Source: Candidatus Omnitrophota bacterium
GTDB taxonomy: Bacteria; Omnitrophota; Gorgyraeia; Zapsychrales; Zapsychraceae
Reading direction: 5' to 3'
Length of the DNA stretch: 64,000 bases
Assembly: GCA_050250375.1 (NCBI GenBank)
Contig: JBFWOS010000003.1
Span: 209,284 to 273,283, forward strand
Each line of letters opens with the position of its first letter. Within the stretch, counting starts at the first letter, position 1. The notes beneath the pieces are model-generated. The model made no database searches and was not told the origin of the DNA. It saw nothing but the letters and a program-made list of their open reading frames with translations. Below are positions 49,307-58,122 of this stretch, in pieces. The translations under genes and the position numbers were made by a program.

Positions 49307-50083
49307 TTATTTGCCTACTTTTTTGTTAAACCGGTCGTCTGTAAGCCTGATTCCGTAATTGATCACCTCAACCAGATCACCAATATTATCGTAAATCTTC
49401 TCCTCAACCAAATCCCCATCACGATTATAACTCTTTTTGTACCCGCCCTTTAGCATATTCGTCAATTCCCATTCATACATCAGCGTACCGTTCCGGTAAA
49501 AAATTTTACCGTGTCCAACCTCCGGATCTTCCACAAAACGAAGCGCATCCTTAAAGTCTTCAATGAGGCGGGGAGTCCCGTCAAAATAATAAACTGTATT
49601 CTCCATTAACTGGCCGTTATAAAATTTGGCTTTCCTGTAAACCACTCCGTTATCATAATACTCAATGTAGGTTCCGTGTCTTTTCCCCTTCTGATACCGC
49701 TCCTCCCCGTAGGTATCTTTGGTCTCATTGATAAAACTGACCTTGCCTTCCGGCAAAACCCCTTTCAGATCTGTAATATCATCGTTTTTTACGCTATTGA
49801 ATTGGGCAATCAGCAGGCCTTCCGAATATAAGCGGCTTTCGGCAAATGTACGGTTTGGGTTCATGAGAATCTTTCGGATAACCTTCTCTTTATAGATCCG
49901 TCTGCGGTTTTCTTCATCCTTCCGTTCAAGTGCCGTTATTTTATTTGAAACAATCGCCCTATAAAGCAGTTTATTGAGGGTTGATTCAACCCATTTGTTC
50001 GCAAAAATCATAACACCGGTGAAAATAAGCACCGTTACGGTGAAATACATTTTAGCGGAACTCTTCTTGGCTTTTCTGTACAT
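49307..50083 (-). CDS. Membrane-anchored MORN-variant (YwqK-like) repeat protein
   Basis: N-terminal TM; repeats such as GKRHGTYIEYYDNG, GHGKIFYRNG, GGYKKSYNRDG. Confidence 0.7.
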   Translation of the reverse strand: MYRKAKKSSAKMYFTVTVLIFTGVMIFANKWVESTLNKLLYRAIVSNKITALERKDEENRRRIYKEKVIRKILMNPNRTFAESRLYSEGLLIAQFNSVKNDDITDLKGVLPEGKVSFINETKDTYGEERYQKGKRHGTYIEYYDNGVVYRKAKFYNGQLMENTVYYFDGTPRLIEDFKDALRFVEDPEVGHGKIFYRNGTLMYEWELTNMLKGGYKKSYNRDGDLVEEKIYDNIGDLVEVINYGIRLTDDRFNKKVGK

Positions 50084-50168
50084 ATTCCCGATCCTCTTTA
50101 TTTGAAAGCATTATAACATTACGAAAATACAAGAAGTCTGAATAATTCGGAAAAAATATTAAGGTTAG

Positions 50169-52259
50169 TTATAACTGTCCGGCAAGGAAATTGGCGATCT
50201 GATCTTTGAGGCTGCTCTTTAACGGTTCAGTCATCAGCAGTGATTTTTTGAAATCAGGTTCGAATAGTTCCGTCAGGGCCCGCTGGACCGTTTCAGGATC
50301 GGACGTGGCGATATTGAATTCCAGATTATCAATAAAACTCAGCTTGTCAAAATTAGCCGACCCGCTGCAGAACCAGCCGTCGTACACGGCGGCCTTGATA
50401 TGGCTCATCCCGGGATAAAAATAAACTTTGATCCCGTTATCAAACATCCAGTTGGCCGTGATGATATTGTTCATGTTCATGATCTCGTGATTGCCGTTGA
50501 CCGGAAGGATCACCCTGACATCCACCCCTCTTCGCCGGGCCTTGACCAGTTCGGTGATGATATTTCCGTCTGAAAAATAGGCGTTCGAGATATAAATATA
50601 TTTCTGCGCCCGCTGGATGGCGGCCAGCTGGGCTTTAAAAATCTGCGGGTCGTCGGGACGGGTGTATAAAGGACGGATGGGGATGCCTTTCATTTCCGTT
50701 TTCGGCTTGCGGTATTTGATCCGCTGGACCAGATACGAAATGTCCCCCAGCTTGTCCGCGTGCGCCCAGGCGATGTCAAACTCATGCAGGATTTCCTGGA
50801 CAATCGGCCCTCTCAATTCCATCATCAGGTCATGCCAGTCATAACGGTATTCCCGGCCGATATTCATGCCCCCGGTGTAACCCACCTCTTCATCAATCAC
50901 AATGGTTTTGGTGTGGTCCGCTTTCAGCCAGGCGTTAGGCCTCACCCGGACATCAATATCCGACCCTTTTGTTAAATATTTGACGATGGACGCCGGCGGT
51001 TTAAATCCCGACGGCAAACCGTCCGGGACAGTGCCCTGCCCCATAATCGTGCCGATGCCGTCCAGCAGGACACGCACGCTCATCTTCTTTTCATCGGATT
51101 TTAGTTTCAGGATATTGGCAATGTCCACGGCATAATCATCATTGTCAAAAATAAACGTGCGCACATCAATCGAATTCTGCGCGGAGCGCATTGATTTCTC
51201 CAGGGCCGTAAAAAACGCCTCCCCGCCGATCAAAAACCCGATGGTCCCGCTGGATCTGTTCTTCCCGACGATACCATCCAAAATTTTTTCAAATTCCTCC
51301 AGGTCCATTCCCGGCCCTTCTTTTAAAGGGGGAACAGGTTCCGAAGGAAAAACGGGCGGCACCCACCTTTGCGGCTTGAGCGAATGGACCGCCGAACCTT
51401 TCGCCCAGGAATACAGACGGAAGGCCGACGAAAACGGCCGGGTCGCTACTCCGATGAGCTGTCCGTCCAGAATAATTTGGTCCGCCGATTTCAGGCTGCC
51501 GGACAACGGTATCAAATAACCCGATTTTTCCGAATGAATAATCTTAAGACTCACCGCCATCGCGTTTGGAATGTCGATATACAAAAAGGTCTGCTGGTCA
51601 TCGAAGGAAGACTGCACACTCAGAAGAACCCTTTGTGCGTTCATCCCGTTTGTATTCAGAAATTTCTTCAGCGTACTGATAATCAAATGGGTGAATTGGG
51701 TCTGGTTATACGATTTTTGAATGGAGACCTGGAGCGGTTTATCTTTATATTCAATAATCCGGATGTCGCCCTGGGCGTCGTGGTAATAGACCAGTTCAAG
51801 AAAATCATACCGGACCAGCGACCCTGCGTTCGTTTTCTCCGGTGCGATGGCTTTGCTTAACTGCGCCTGGAATGCCTCCCACTGGTCCTCGGCCAAAACG
51901 GCCACTGCGGACATTTCAGACGATTTGTCCTCCCAGCGCTCTTCGCCGATAAAATCGAGGTTCAGGACAATATTTTTGTCGAGGCTGATCTTGCGCACGG
52001 CATCCTTGCCCCATTTCGCCCGGGCAAAAAAATCCCGGCTCTGGTCGCTATCCTTCAAAAAAGCCCTGAACCGAACATAGATCTGGTCGTCGTCACTGCG
52101 GGCTTCAAGGACTTCAAGTTTGGCGGACTGGTTGACCCAGACATAGGCGGTATCGGTGAGGGCATTCCCGCGGAACTGCCCGGAGGCCGCGCATCCGCCG
52201 GCCAATACCGAGAGGAATAAAATATTCAAAAAATGATAAATTAGTTTCTTTAAGGGCAT
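50169..52259 (-). CDS. Phospholipase D / cardiolipin synthase-like lipoprotein
   Basis: Lipobox LAGGC; two HKD motifs HTKTIVID..GGMN and HIKAAVYD..GSAN; start set at ATG 52259. Confidence 0.88.
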   Translation of the reverse strand: MPLKKLIYHFLNILFLSVLAGGCAASGQFRGNALTDTAYVWVNQSAKLEVLEARSDDDQIYVRFRAFLKDSDQSRDFFARAKWGKDAVRKISLDKNIVLNLDFIGEERWEDKSSEMSAVAVLAEDQWEAFQAQLSKAIAPEKTNAGSLVRYDFLELVYYHDAQGDIRIIEYKDKPLQVSIQKSYNQTQFTHLIISTLKKFLNTNGMNAQRVLLSVQSSFDDQQTFLYIDIPNAMAVSLKIIHSEKSGYLIPLSGSLKSADQIILDGQLIGVATRPFSSAFRLYSWAKGSAVHSLKPQRWVPPVFPSEPVPPLKEGPGMDLEEFEKILDGIVGKNRSSGTIGFLIGGEAFFTALEKSMRSAQNSIDVRTFIFDNDDYAVDIANILKLKSDEKKMSVRVLLDGIGTIMGQGTVPDGLPSGFKPPASIVKYLTKGSDIDVRVRPNAWLKADHTKTIVIDEEVGYTGGMNIGREYRYDWHDLMMELRGPIVQEILHEFDIAWAHADKLGDISYLVQRIKYRKPKTEMKGIPIRPLYTRPDDPQIFKAQLAAIQRAQKYIYISNAYFSDGNIITELVKARRRGVDVRVILPVNGNHEIMNMNNIITANWMFDNGIKVYFYPGMSHIKAAVYDGWFCSGSANFDKLSFIDNLEFNIATSDPETVQRALTELFEPDFKKSLLMTEPLKSSLKDQIANFLAGQL

Positions 52260-52266
52260 GTGTGCT

Positions 52267-52770
52267 TCAGGATTTATGAGAATCCTTGTACCGCTGAAGG
52301 GCTTCTTCAATCGTTACATACGCCGCTTTTTTATCGGCCCACCCTTCAACACTTACCTTTTTATATTCCAGATCCTTGTAAACATTAAAGAAATGTTCAA
52401 TTTCTTTGAGCAAATGCGGCTGGACTTCTTCAATATGATGGATATGGTTCCACAACGGATCACTGACGGGGATACAGAGTATTTTCTCATCAGGCCCTTT
52501 TTCATCGGTCATTTTAAACAAGCCGATCGGACGGGCTTCGATAATACATCCGGGAAAAGTCGATTCAGTGACCAGGACCAGCGCGTCCAGCGGGTCGCCG
52601 TCCAGGGCTAATGTGTCGGGGAAAAAACCATAATCACTTGGATAATGCACAGCGGAAAAAAGCATCCGGTCAAACTTGATGACCTTCCGGACTTTATCGT
52701 ATTCATATTTGTTGCGGCTGCCCTTGGGAATTTCTACGGTAACCCAAAAAGTTTTTTGATCAGATATCAT
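52267..52770 (-). CDS. ppa: Inorganic pyrophosphatase (family I)
   Basis: EIPKGSRNKYE, YPSDYGF, DGDPLDAL, DEKGPDEK, HFFNVYKDLE. Confidence 0.95.
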   Translation of the reverse strand: MISDQKTFWVTVEIPKGSRNKYEYDKVRKVIKFDRMLFSAVHYPSDYGFFPDTLALDGDPLDALVLVTESTFPGCIIEARPIGLFKMTDEKGPDEKILCIPVSDPLWNHIHHIEEVQPHLLKEIEHFFNVYKDLEYKKVSVEGWADKKAAYVTIEEALQRYKDSHKS

Positions 52771-52807
52771 ATTTTGTTCCTTAATTTTCTAAGTAGTATA
52801 ACAAATT

Positions 52808-52865
52808 AAAAAGGGATCGGCCTTTTCTTTCTCAGTTTTTTGAGAGAAAAAGCCGACCCCTTTTT
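52808..52865. terminator. Long symmetric hairpin / bidirectional terminator
   Basis: AAAAAGGGATCGGCCTTTTCTTTCTCA..TGAGAGAAAAAGCCGACCCCTTTTT. Confidence 0.75.
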
Positions 52866-52965
52866 ATTCAAGTATTGCTGTAAATTCAAATGCTGAGTCG
52901 ACCAACTTGAAATTTCTAACCCTGAAACCGGTGACGCAATCAGGCCTAAATCTTTCGTGAGTAAT
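52808..52965 (-). ncRNA. Candidate small RNA or leader upstream of ppa
   Basis: TTGACG-N16-CATAAT promoter (52999-52972), about 155 nt without an RBS-led ORF, ends in a strong terminator. Confidence 0.35.
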
Positions 52966-52999
52966 ACGTCAATTATGCAATATATTTTGGAATCGTCAA

Positions 53000-53050
53000 G
53001 ACGACAGAACGGGTTGGACTAGGACAGGGTAGGACAAAACGAACAGACGG
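53000..53050. repeat. GGACA-type 5/10-bp-phased repeat array abutting a -35 box
   Basis: gacgacagaacgggttggactaggacagggtaggacaaaacgaacagacgg. Confidence 0.6.
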
Positions 53051-53051
53051 G

Positions 53052-54080
53052 TTACACCCTGCGGGCGTGGCCTTCTTCGAGAAGCAGATTATTCAAATAC
53101 ACGTCACTCGCCGGGGCAGGTGCTTCCCCTTGCGGGATAAAGACATCCGCGAGGTACCGGGCATATTTATCGGGGCGGCTGGAGCGCATCACGATCAGCG
53201 CTGACTCCTTTAACAGCGACTGCACAAACACCTTGGCCGCGTCTCCCTCTTTGGTGCCGAGTTCCGGCGCGTCGATATCCCGCAGGCGCAGGGTTTCGGT
53301 GTGCTCAAGACGGAACCCCAGATCAACGCGGACCTTGAGCGTGTCAGCGTCCACCACCCGTTCAATCACCGCCGCGTACGTGAACAGGTCTTTGGTCCCG
53401 CGCTCACTGCGTTTGAGCGAATAGCGGTCGGTCGCGGGATCAAAAGCGCTTTCAACAATCTCATCCGCCTCGAATTTCGCTACAGCGCGCGCCGAAAGCC
53501 GTTTGTACACGCTGAAACCCAGATCCAGCAGCCACACTCGCTCATCTTTGCCCGCGCCCAGCTGCGGCCGATGCACCAGCCGGTACGTGTACAATTGACC
53601 GCGCGCGGATGTCAGCAATGTTTGTGACGGAGGAGTTTCCTTTTCAACAGGAGCACCATTAAATTTCCGTGTTTTAACACGTGTCTCCAGTTCCTCGGCA
53701 GACCAGCCGTTGCGTCCCGCCTTTTCCTCGATCAACAATCGTTCCTGATCATCGGCAATGGTGATCAGCTTACGGTAATGACTCCAGGTGAATTGGTGCC
53801 GGCCGGCACCAATTGGCAGGCGGGGATATTTCTCAGCGAACCTGACACAACGATTTAACACCGTCCGGTCAACATTCAGGTCTTTCGCCAGGCGCAGGAC
53901 CACTTCAGCGCCGTATTCAGCACGGTCGGCATGTTTTAAAACATGCGCGTGGATTAACCGCCCGGTTTCCCAGTAAACCTTCACCTTCTCCGCCTCAATC
54001 CTCTGCTGGCCGAGGATCAGCGTCTGTTTGACCTTTTGAAAGAGAGTTTTGTAGGTGGAAGGTAAGTTTGTTTTCGGCAT
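53052..54080 (-). CDS. DUF1016 N-terminal domain fused to staphylococcal-nuclease (SNase) domain
   Basis: YWETGRLI..YGAEVVLRLAKDL..FTWSHYRKL..NGWSAEEL, then RVVDADT..LRLRDIDAPE..DKYARYLADV..LNNLLLEEGHA; visibly GC-richer than its flanks. Confidence 0.8.
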   Translation of the reverse strand: MPKTNLPSTYKTLFQKVKQTLILGQQRIEAEKVKVYWETGRLIHAHVLKHADRAEYGAEVVLRLAKDLNVDRTVLNRCVRFAEKYPRLPIGAGRHQFTWSHYRKLITIADDQERLLIEEKAGRNGWSAEELETRVKTRKFNGAPVEKETPPSQTLLTSARGQLYTYRLVHRPQLGAGKDERVWLLDLGFSVYKRLSARAVAKFEADEIVESAFDPATDRYSLKRSERGTKDLFTYAAVIERVVDADTLKVRVDLGFRLEHTETLRLRDIDAPELGTKEGDAAKVFVQSLLKESALIVMRSSRPDKYARYLADVFIPQGEAPAPASDVYLNNLLLEEGHARRV

Positions 54081-54119
54081 GACTGACCTTTATTAATTAG
54101 GGTTAAGGTATATTCCTAT

Positions 54120-54466
54120 TTTTACTTGGTCGTTCTTTCCCATGGGGGCCATCCTTAAGGAAGAAAGAATAAGTTTGTTGTCACCCAGTTGAGTTTGTTT
54201 GTCCACCCGCGGATTTGTCTCCCGGACGGGTCAAACAAATCTCCCACGTAATCGCCTTTTTTGATCCGTTCACTGCGTGGCTCATCGATGTGTTCGATGG
54301 TTTGAAAAGGCAGGACGAGGTTGCAGACTTCCTGTGTTTTCCCGTTCCACACCAGCTCCACTTCCCGGTCGTCGTCAAACAAAAGGAACCGGTATTTCTC
54401 AGGCAGGGGTTTACCTTCCTGGATTAATTTGATCGCGTCTCTTTTTTCGTTATCCGATAATTTCAT
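54120..54466 (-). pseudogene. Truncated, frameshifted DNA methyltransferase (type III Mod-like N-terminus)
   Basis: GKPLPEKYRFLLF..EVELVWNGK..LPFQTIEHIDEPR..WTNKLNW, then a 1-nt deletion (TGG GT GAC AAC AAA CTT ATT CTT TCT TCC TTA = WG-DNKLILSSL); no catalytic DPP region follows. Confidence 0.75.
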
Positions 54467-54469
54467 AAG

Positions 54470-54500
54470 AAAAAAGGTCAGACCCCTTTTACGGCTGACC
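54470..54500 (-). terminator. Terminator-like hairpin directly before the methyltransferase remnant
   Basis: GGUCAGCC-GUAAAAGG-GGUCUGACC-U6. Confidence 0.55.
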
Positions 54501-54645
54501 CGCGCTGAATGGGTTTAAAGCTTAAAGTTTAACGGTTAAGGTTACGGGTGATTCTTAAGGTAATTTGTTATACCACAAAATACTTCGGGTTGAAACCGGC
54601 ATTTTTCCAACTTTCTCCTGAATGGCGGCCTTTGGCAGGCTCAAT

Positions 54646-54688
54646 AAAAAAGGGCCTTGATAAACGGTTTTCCGTCGATAAGGCCCTT
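54646..54688 (-). terminator. Terminator of the alpha-glucan operon
   Basis: AGGGCCUU..ACGG-AAAA-CCGU..AAGGCCCU-U5. Confidence 0.75.
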
Positions 54689-54708
54689 AATTACTTATTT
54701 GTGATTTC

Positions 54709-55218
54709 TTATTTGCCTTCAAGTTTGATTAATTCTGTAGCGATATGCCAGTCATATTCGTTGGTGCCCTGGACGTATCCCTTTTGTTCGTACAATTCAT
54801 ACGCTTTTTGAGCGATCAGCTGCTGGGTTTCTTCATCTTCCAGGTCGAGATCAAACCGTTTTCTTGAACTTGACTGTTCTTTTTCAAGTTCCAGCCGGAC
54901 CAGTTTGTCCGCCAGTTCCCAGTCATATTTATCCAGACCGTGGTTATAACCCCGAAGCTGAAACAATTCGTAGGCCTTTTCGGCGATCCGTTGCTGCAGG
55001 GTGTCGGATGAATCGGCAGTGTTGAAGGTATCCACGATATCCGCTTCATTGGTCATTTCTGTTTTCGGCCGTTCAGGAGCAGGAGCGGCGGCAGCCGTTC
55101 TGGGCGCGGCAGCTCTTCTGGGGGAAGCAACCCGTGTCGTTTCCTTCTGAGGAAGCAGAGATTTAGCCCTCCTCAGTTTATTTCTGGTCGTATTCGAATC
55201 TTTTAGAGACATGATCAA
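54709..55218 (-). CDS. Tandem DUF2934 domain protein
   Basis: Two copies of IAxKAYEL..xG..G...DW..A after a basic Ala/Pro-rich N-terminus. Confidence 0.85.
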   Translation of the reverse strand: MIMSLKDSNTTRNKLRRAKSLLPQKETTRVASPRRAAAPRTAAAAPAPERPKTEMTNEADIVDTFNTADSSDTLQQRIAEKAYELFQLRGYNHGLDKYDWELADKLVRLELEKEQSSSRKRFDLDLEDEETQQLIAQKAYELYEQKGYVQGTNEYDWHIATELIKLEGK

Positions 55219-55237
55219 ACTCCTTTTTCAAAAATTT

Positions 55238-56905
55238 TTAAGAAGAAATCTTGGATTGTTTCGAATGGTGCTGGTGCGAAATGCCTGAGGTGTCCGACTG
55301 ATTGTTTGAACAATAATATTTCCCGCAGTCCATATCGGCAAAAATATTATTGTCTTTTTCCAGTTGTTCCAAGAAAGCCGTGTTGAGCTTTCCTTCCATG
55401 AGATCATTGTATATACGGGTGAACGCCCCCAAATGGGTGTTGATCCGTTCGACCGCGTAATTAACCATGGTCCCGGTTTTCATGATAAAAGGCCAGTCGC
55501 TTGATTCGGCCAGGAGCAATTCCCGTGCCGCCTGGTTTAACGCCCGGGTGATCCATTGTTGCGAATCGTCGATATAGGCATGGCCATATTTGGCACACAA
55601 TTCCTGCATGCAGAGCGAGGCATGGTGCAGATGGCGGTAAACCCAGTCGTTGGTGTCATTGAGCCAATAAGCGTTATACCCTTGCGCCCCCCACGTTGAT
55701 TCGGCGGGGACCGCCATCTGGTTGACCCGATATTCGTCCAGGTAATCGCTGGGCGTAATCATTTCGATCGTATCCTGGTCATAAGCTATTTTTCTGACGA
55801 GAAAATCGATAAACATCGGGCCTTCGTACCACCAGTGGCCGTACAATTCCGCGTCATAGGGAGCGACGATGATGGGTTTGCGGTCCATGACCGTCGTGAG
55901 ATGTTCCACCTGCTTGATCCTGTTATTCATAAAATCCTGGGCGTGCATGGCGGCCTTCTTCTGCGCCCAATCAGGGCGGTAGGCTTCCTTGTAATTTCCG
56001 CTGCCGGTGATGCGCCAGTATTTAATCCCGGTATTGACCCTGATCCCCTCGGGATGGATGTACGGCTTAATATATTCGAAATCACGGTCGAATCCGATAT
56101 CTTTGTAATATTCCCGGTAATCCGGATCGCCGGGATACCCTTCTTTTGAACTCCACACCTGTTTCGATGTTTCTTCGTCCCGGCCAAAAGCCGCAACTCC
56201 CGACGGGCACAAGATCGGGGCATAAACGTTATATAACGGCACCGGATCCGCGTGTGTTATTCCATGCGTATCTGTAAAAAAATATTTAACGCCGGCCTTC
56301 TTTAATATTTCATCGACCCCGGCGGTATAACCGCACTCAGGCAGCCAGATCCCTTTGGGGGGACGGCCGAAGATCTTGGTATAAGAATCAACCCCGATAT
56401 TGATCTGCGCCTCGGCTGATTTTGGATTCACGTTGAGGATCGGTAAAAGGCCGTGCGTCGCGCCGCAGGTGATAATTTCCAGACAGCCGGCATCCTGGAA
56501 TTCCTTAAAGGCCTGGACAAGATCACAATGATAGCGTTCGGCGTAAATCTCTCTGGTCTCCCGGAATTTCCGGTAATACATCAGGGCCAGACCGTGGTAA
56601 TGCGGTTCATGCCCGGTATAATCCAATTCCTTTTCCGTCAATTCAATCAATTTATCGAGGTGAATCAGGAAGCGTTCCTGCAGCAACGGATCCTTGAGCA
56701 TTTGCACCAAAGGCGGAGTCAGAGACATCGTGATGCGAAACGGGATACGGTCGTTGACCAGATGGTCGAACGTATTGATCAGAGGTATATAAGTCTCGGT
56801 GATCGCTTCAAATAACCACCGTTCTTCCAGCCTGTCCGGACGATCAGGATGGCGCACAAACGGCAGATGCGCGTGAAGCATCAGACTTAAATAGCCTTTG
56901 GGCAT
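55238..56905 (-). CDS. GH57 1,4-alpha-glucan branching enzyme (DUF1957)
   Basis: LHAHLPFVRHP, EERWLFEAITETYIP, GIWLPEC, PYDAELYGHWWYEG, LLLAESSDWPF. Confidence 0.92.
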   Translation of the reverse strand: MPKGYLSLMLHAHLPFVRHPDRPDRLEERWLFEAITETYIPLINTFDHLVNDRIPFRITMSLTPPLVQMLKDPLLQERFLIHLDKLIELTEKELDYTGHEPHYHGLALMYYRKFRETREIYAERYHCDLVQAFKEFQDAGCLEIITCGATHGLLPILNVNPKSAEAQINIGVDSYTKIFGRPPKGIWLPECGYTAGVDEILKKAGVKYFFTDTHGITHADPVPLYNVYAPILCPSGVAAFGRDEETSKQVWSSKEGYPGDPDYREYYKDIGFDRDFEYIKPYIHPEGIRVNTGIKYWRITGSGNYKEAYRPDWAQKKAAMHAQDFMNNRIKQVEHLTTVMDRKPIIVAPYDAELYGHWWYEGPMFIDFLVRKIAYDQDTIEMITPSDYLDEYRVNQMAVPAESTWGAQGYNAYWLNDTNDWVYRHLHHASLCMQELCAKYGHAYIDDSQQWITRALNQAARELLLAESSDWPFIMKTGTMVNYAVERINTHLGAFTRIYNDLMEGKLNTAFLEQLEKDNNIFADMDCGKYYCSNNQSDTSGISHQHHSKQSKISS

Positions 56906-56913
56906 TTTTTCCT

Positions 56914-58104
56914 CTACGAATAGTGTTCTTCGGTCGGGGTTCGTATGACCGAGGTGGTGATTGCTTTTCCTAAGTTCTTCTTGGGTGAATACGCCTTAAA
57001 ATCCAAAGGCAGGACTCCGTCTTCGAGTGTCCAGTGCAAGGTGAACGTCCCGTTTTCATTGAGCGGAATCCTTTTAGTCCCTAAATAAACCTCTGCGTCG
57101 GGTTCCGTTTTTCCCTTAACTGTCAGTGTCATTTCAATCACAAAAGGAAAGACATCCTTGACCTTGTCTTTAAAAAACTGGTCGGAAGATCCGCCGGCCT
57201 TTTCGGTCTCTTTTGTCCGCGTCGCGACACCGCCCATCGGGGTCTGTTCAAATTCAACATTTCCCGGCAACAATTGTTTGATGGTAATTTTCTTGTCTTT
57301 CTGTATATGTTCCAGATAAAATTTCATCATAGGAACGCGTTTCTGGTAATACAGCCTGATATCGTCGGTGTTAAGGATCAGTTTGGAATTGTCCATCTGC
57401 CAGTTGGTCCTGGGTTTCAGCCGGCCCCTTAATGAACGGTTCAACAAACGGACATTTACGTACATATTCTGCAGATCATTGCTGTCGGCGAGTTCTTTCC
57501 AGATGAGATCCCTGCGTTGCGACGCGCCGGAACGCTGGGTCCGGATATAATTCGAACGGGCCAGGGAATAAAAATCCCCGGAATTGGTCCGCAGTCCGAT
57601 CTCGCAGACAAAGGTAGCGTCATCGCTTCCGACGCTGATATAGCGGTGATTCATATGCAGCTCATCCAGATCAAACCAATAATTGGCGTTAGTCCCGTTA
57701 AAGTCCAAAAGAGTCACATCGTAAACTCTCAGCGTATATACGGCTGAATCAGCCGCTTGACCGATTTGTTTTTTGATCTCATTGGCATCGTCCCCGTGAA
57801 TTTCCCAATATGCGTAAAGTACATACGGCTCTTTCGAAAGTAAAGTGACATAAGTCTGAAAATAACTTTGAGGCAGGCTGGCTTTTTCTACGGCCTCATA
57901 AGAAGAATATAAATTGAGCGCTGGTTGTTTGGAAAGGGCAGGGGTAATTACTTTTTTCGGACTACTTTTTCGGACGGTTGTTTTTCGTGTGGCTGTTTTC
58001 TTGACTGTTTTTTTTACTGTTTTCTTCTTTGGTATAACCGCCTTGGAGACCTTTTTGGTTTTACTTGAAGACGTTTTCTTTTTTTTAGGTGTGGAAGTCG
58101 CCAC
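56914..58104 (-). CDS. DUF4912 domain protein with Lys-rich N-terminus
   Basis: LPQSY...EPYVLYAYWEI...LRVYDVT...LARSN; C-terminal GKTEPDA..NGTF. Confidence 0.85.
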   Translation of the reverse strand: MATSTPKKKKTSSSKTKKVSKAVIPKKKTVKKTVKKTATRKTTVRKSSPKKVITPALSKQPALNLYSSYEAVEKASLPQSYFQTYVTLLSKEPYVLYAYWEIHGDDANEIKKQIGQAADSAVYTLRVYDVTLLDFNGTNANYWFDLDELHMNHRYISVGSDDATFVCEIGLRTNSGDFYSLARSNYIRTQRSGASQRRDLIWKELADSNDLQNMYVNVRLLNRSLRGRLKPRTNWQMDNSKLILNTDDIRLYYQKRVPMMKFYLEHIQKDKKITIKQLLPGNVEFEQTPMGGVATRTKETEKAGGSSDQFFKDKVKDVFPFVIEMTLTVKGKTEPDAEVYLGTKRIPLNENGTFTLHWTLEDGVLPLDFKAYSPKKNLGKAITTSVIRTPTEEHYS

Positions 58105-58122
58105 TGTATCTATCCTTCATGT

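Noticed and set aside
52912-52952. Second GEMM-like motif on the + strand (GAAACCGGTGACGCAA..GGCCTAAA)
   Set aside because: It lacks the upstream GGCAAA, P2 does not pair, and no plus-strand gene lies downstream.
46460-53050. Short repeat arrays as CRISPR
   Set aside because: Units are 5-10 bp and degenerate with no spacers, and there are no cas genes in the window.
52800-54700. Intact mobile element or prophage
   Set aside because: No integrase, transposase, tRNA target or terminal repeats were found; only a relic islet is supportable.
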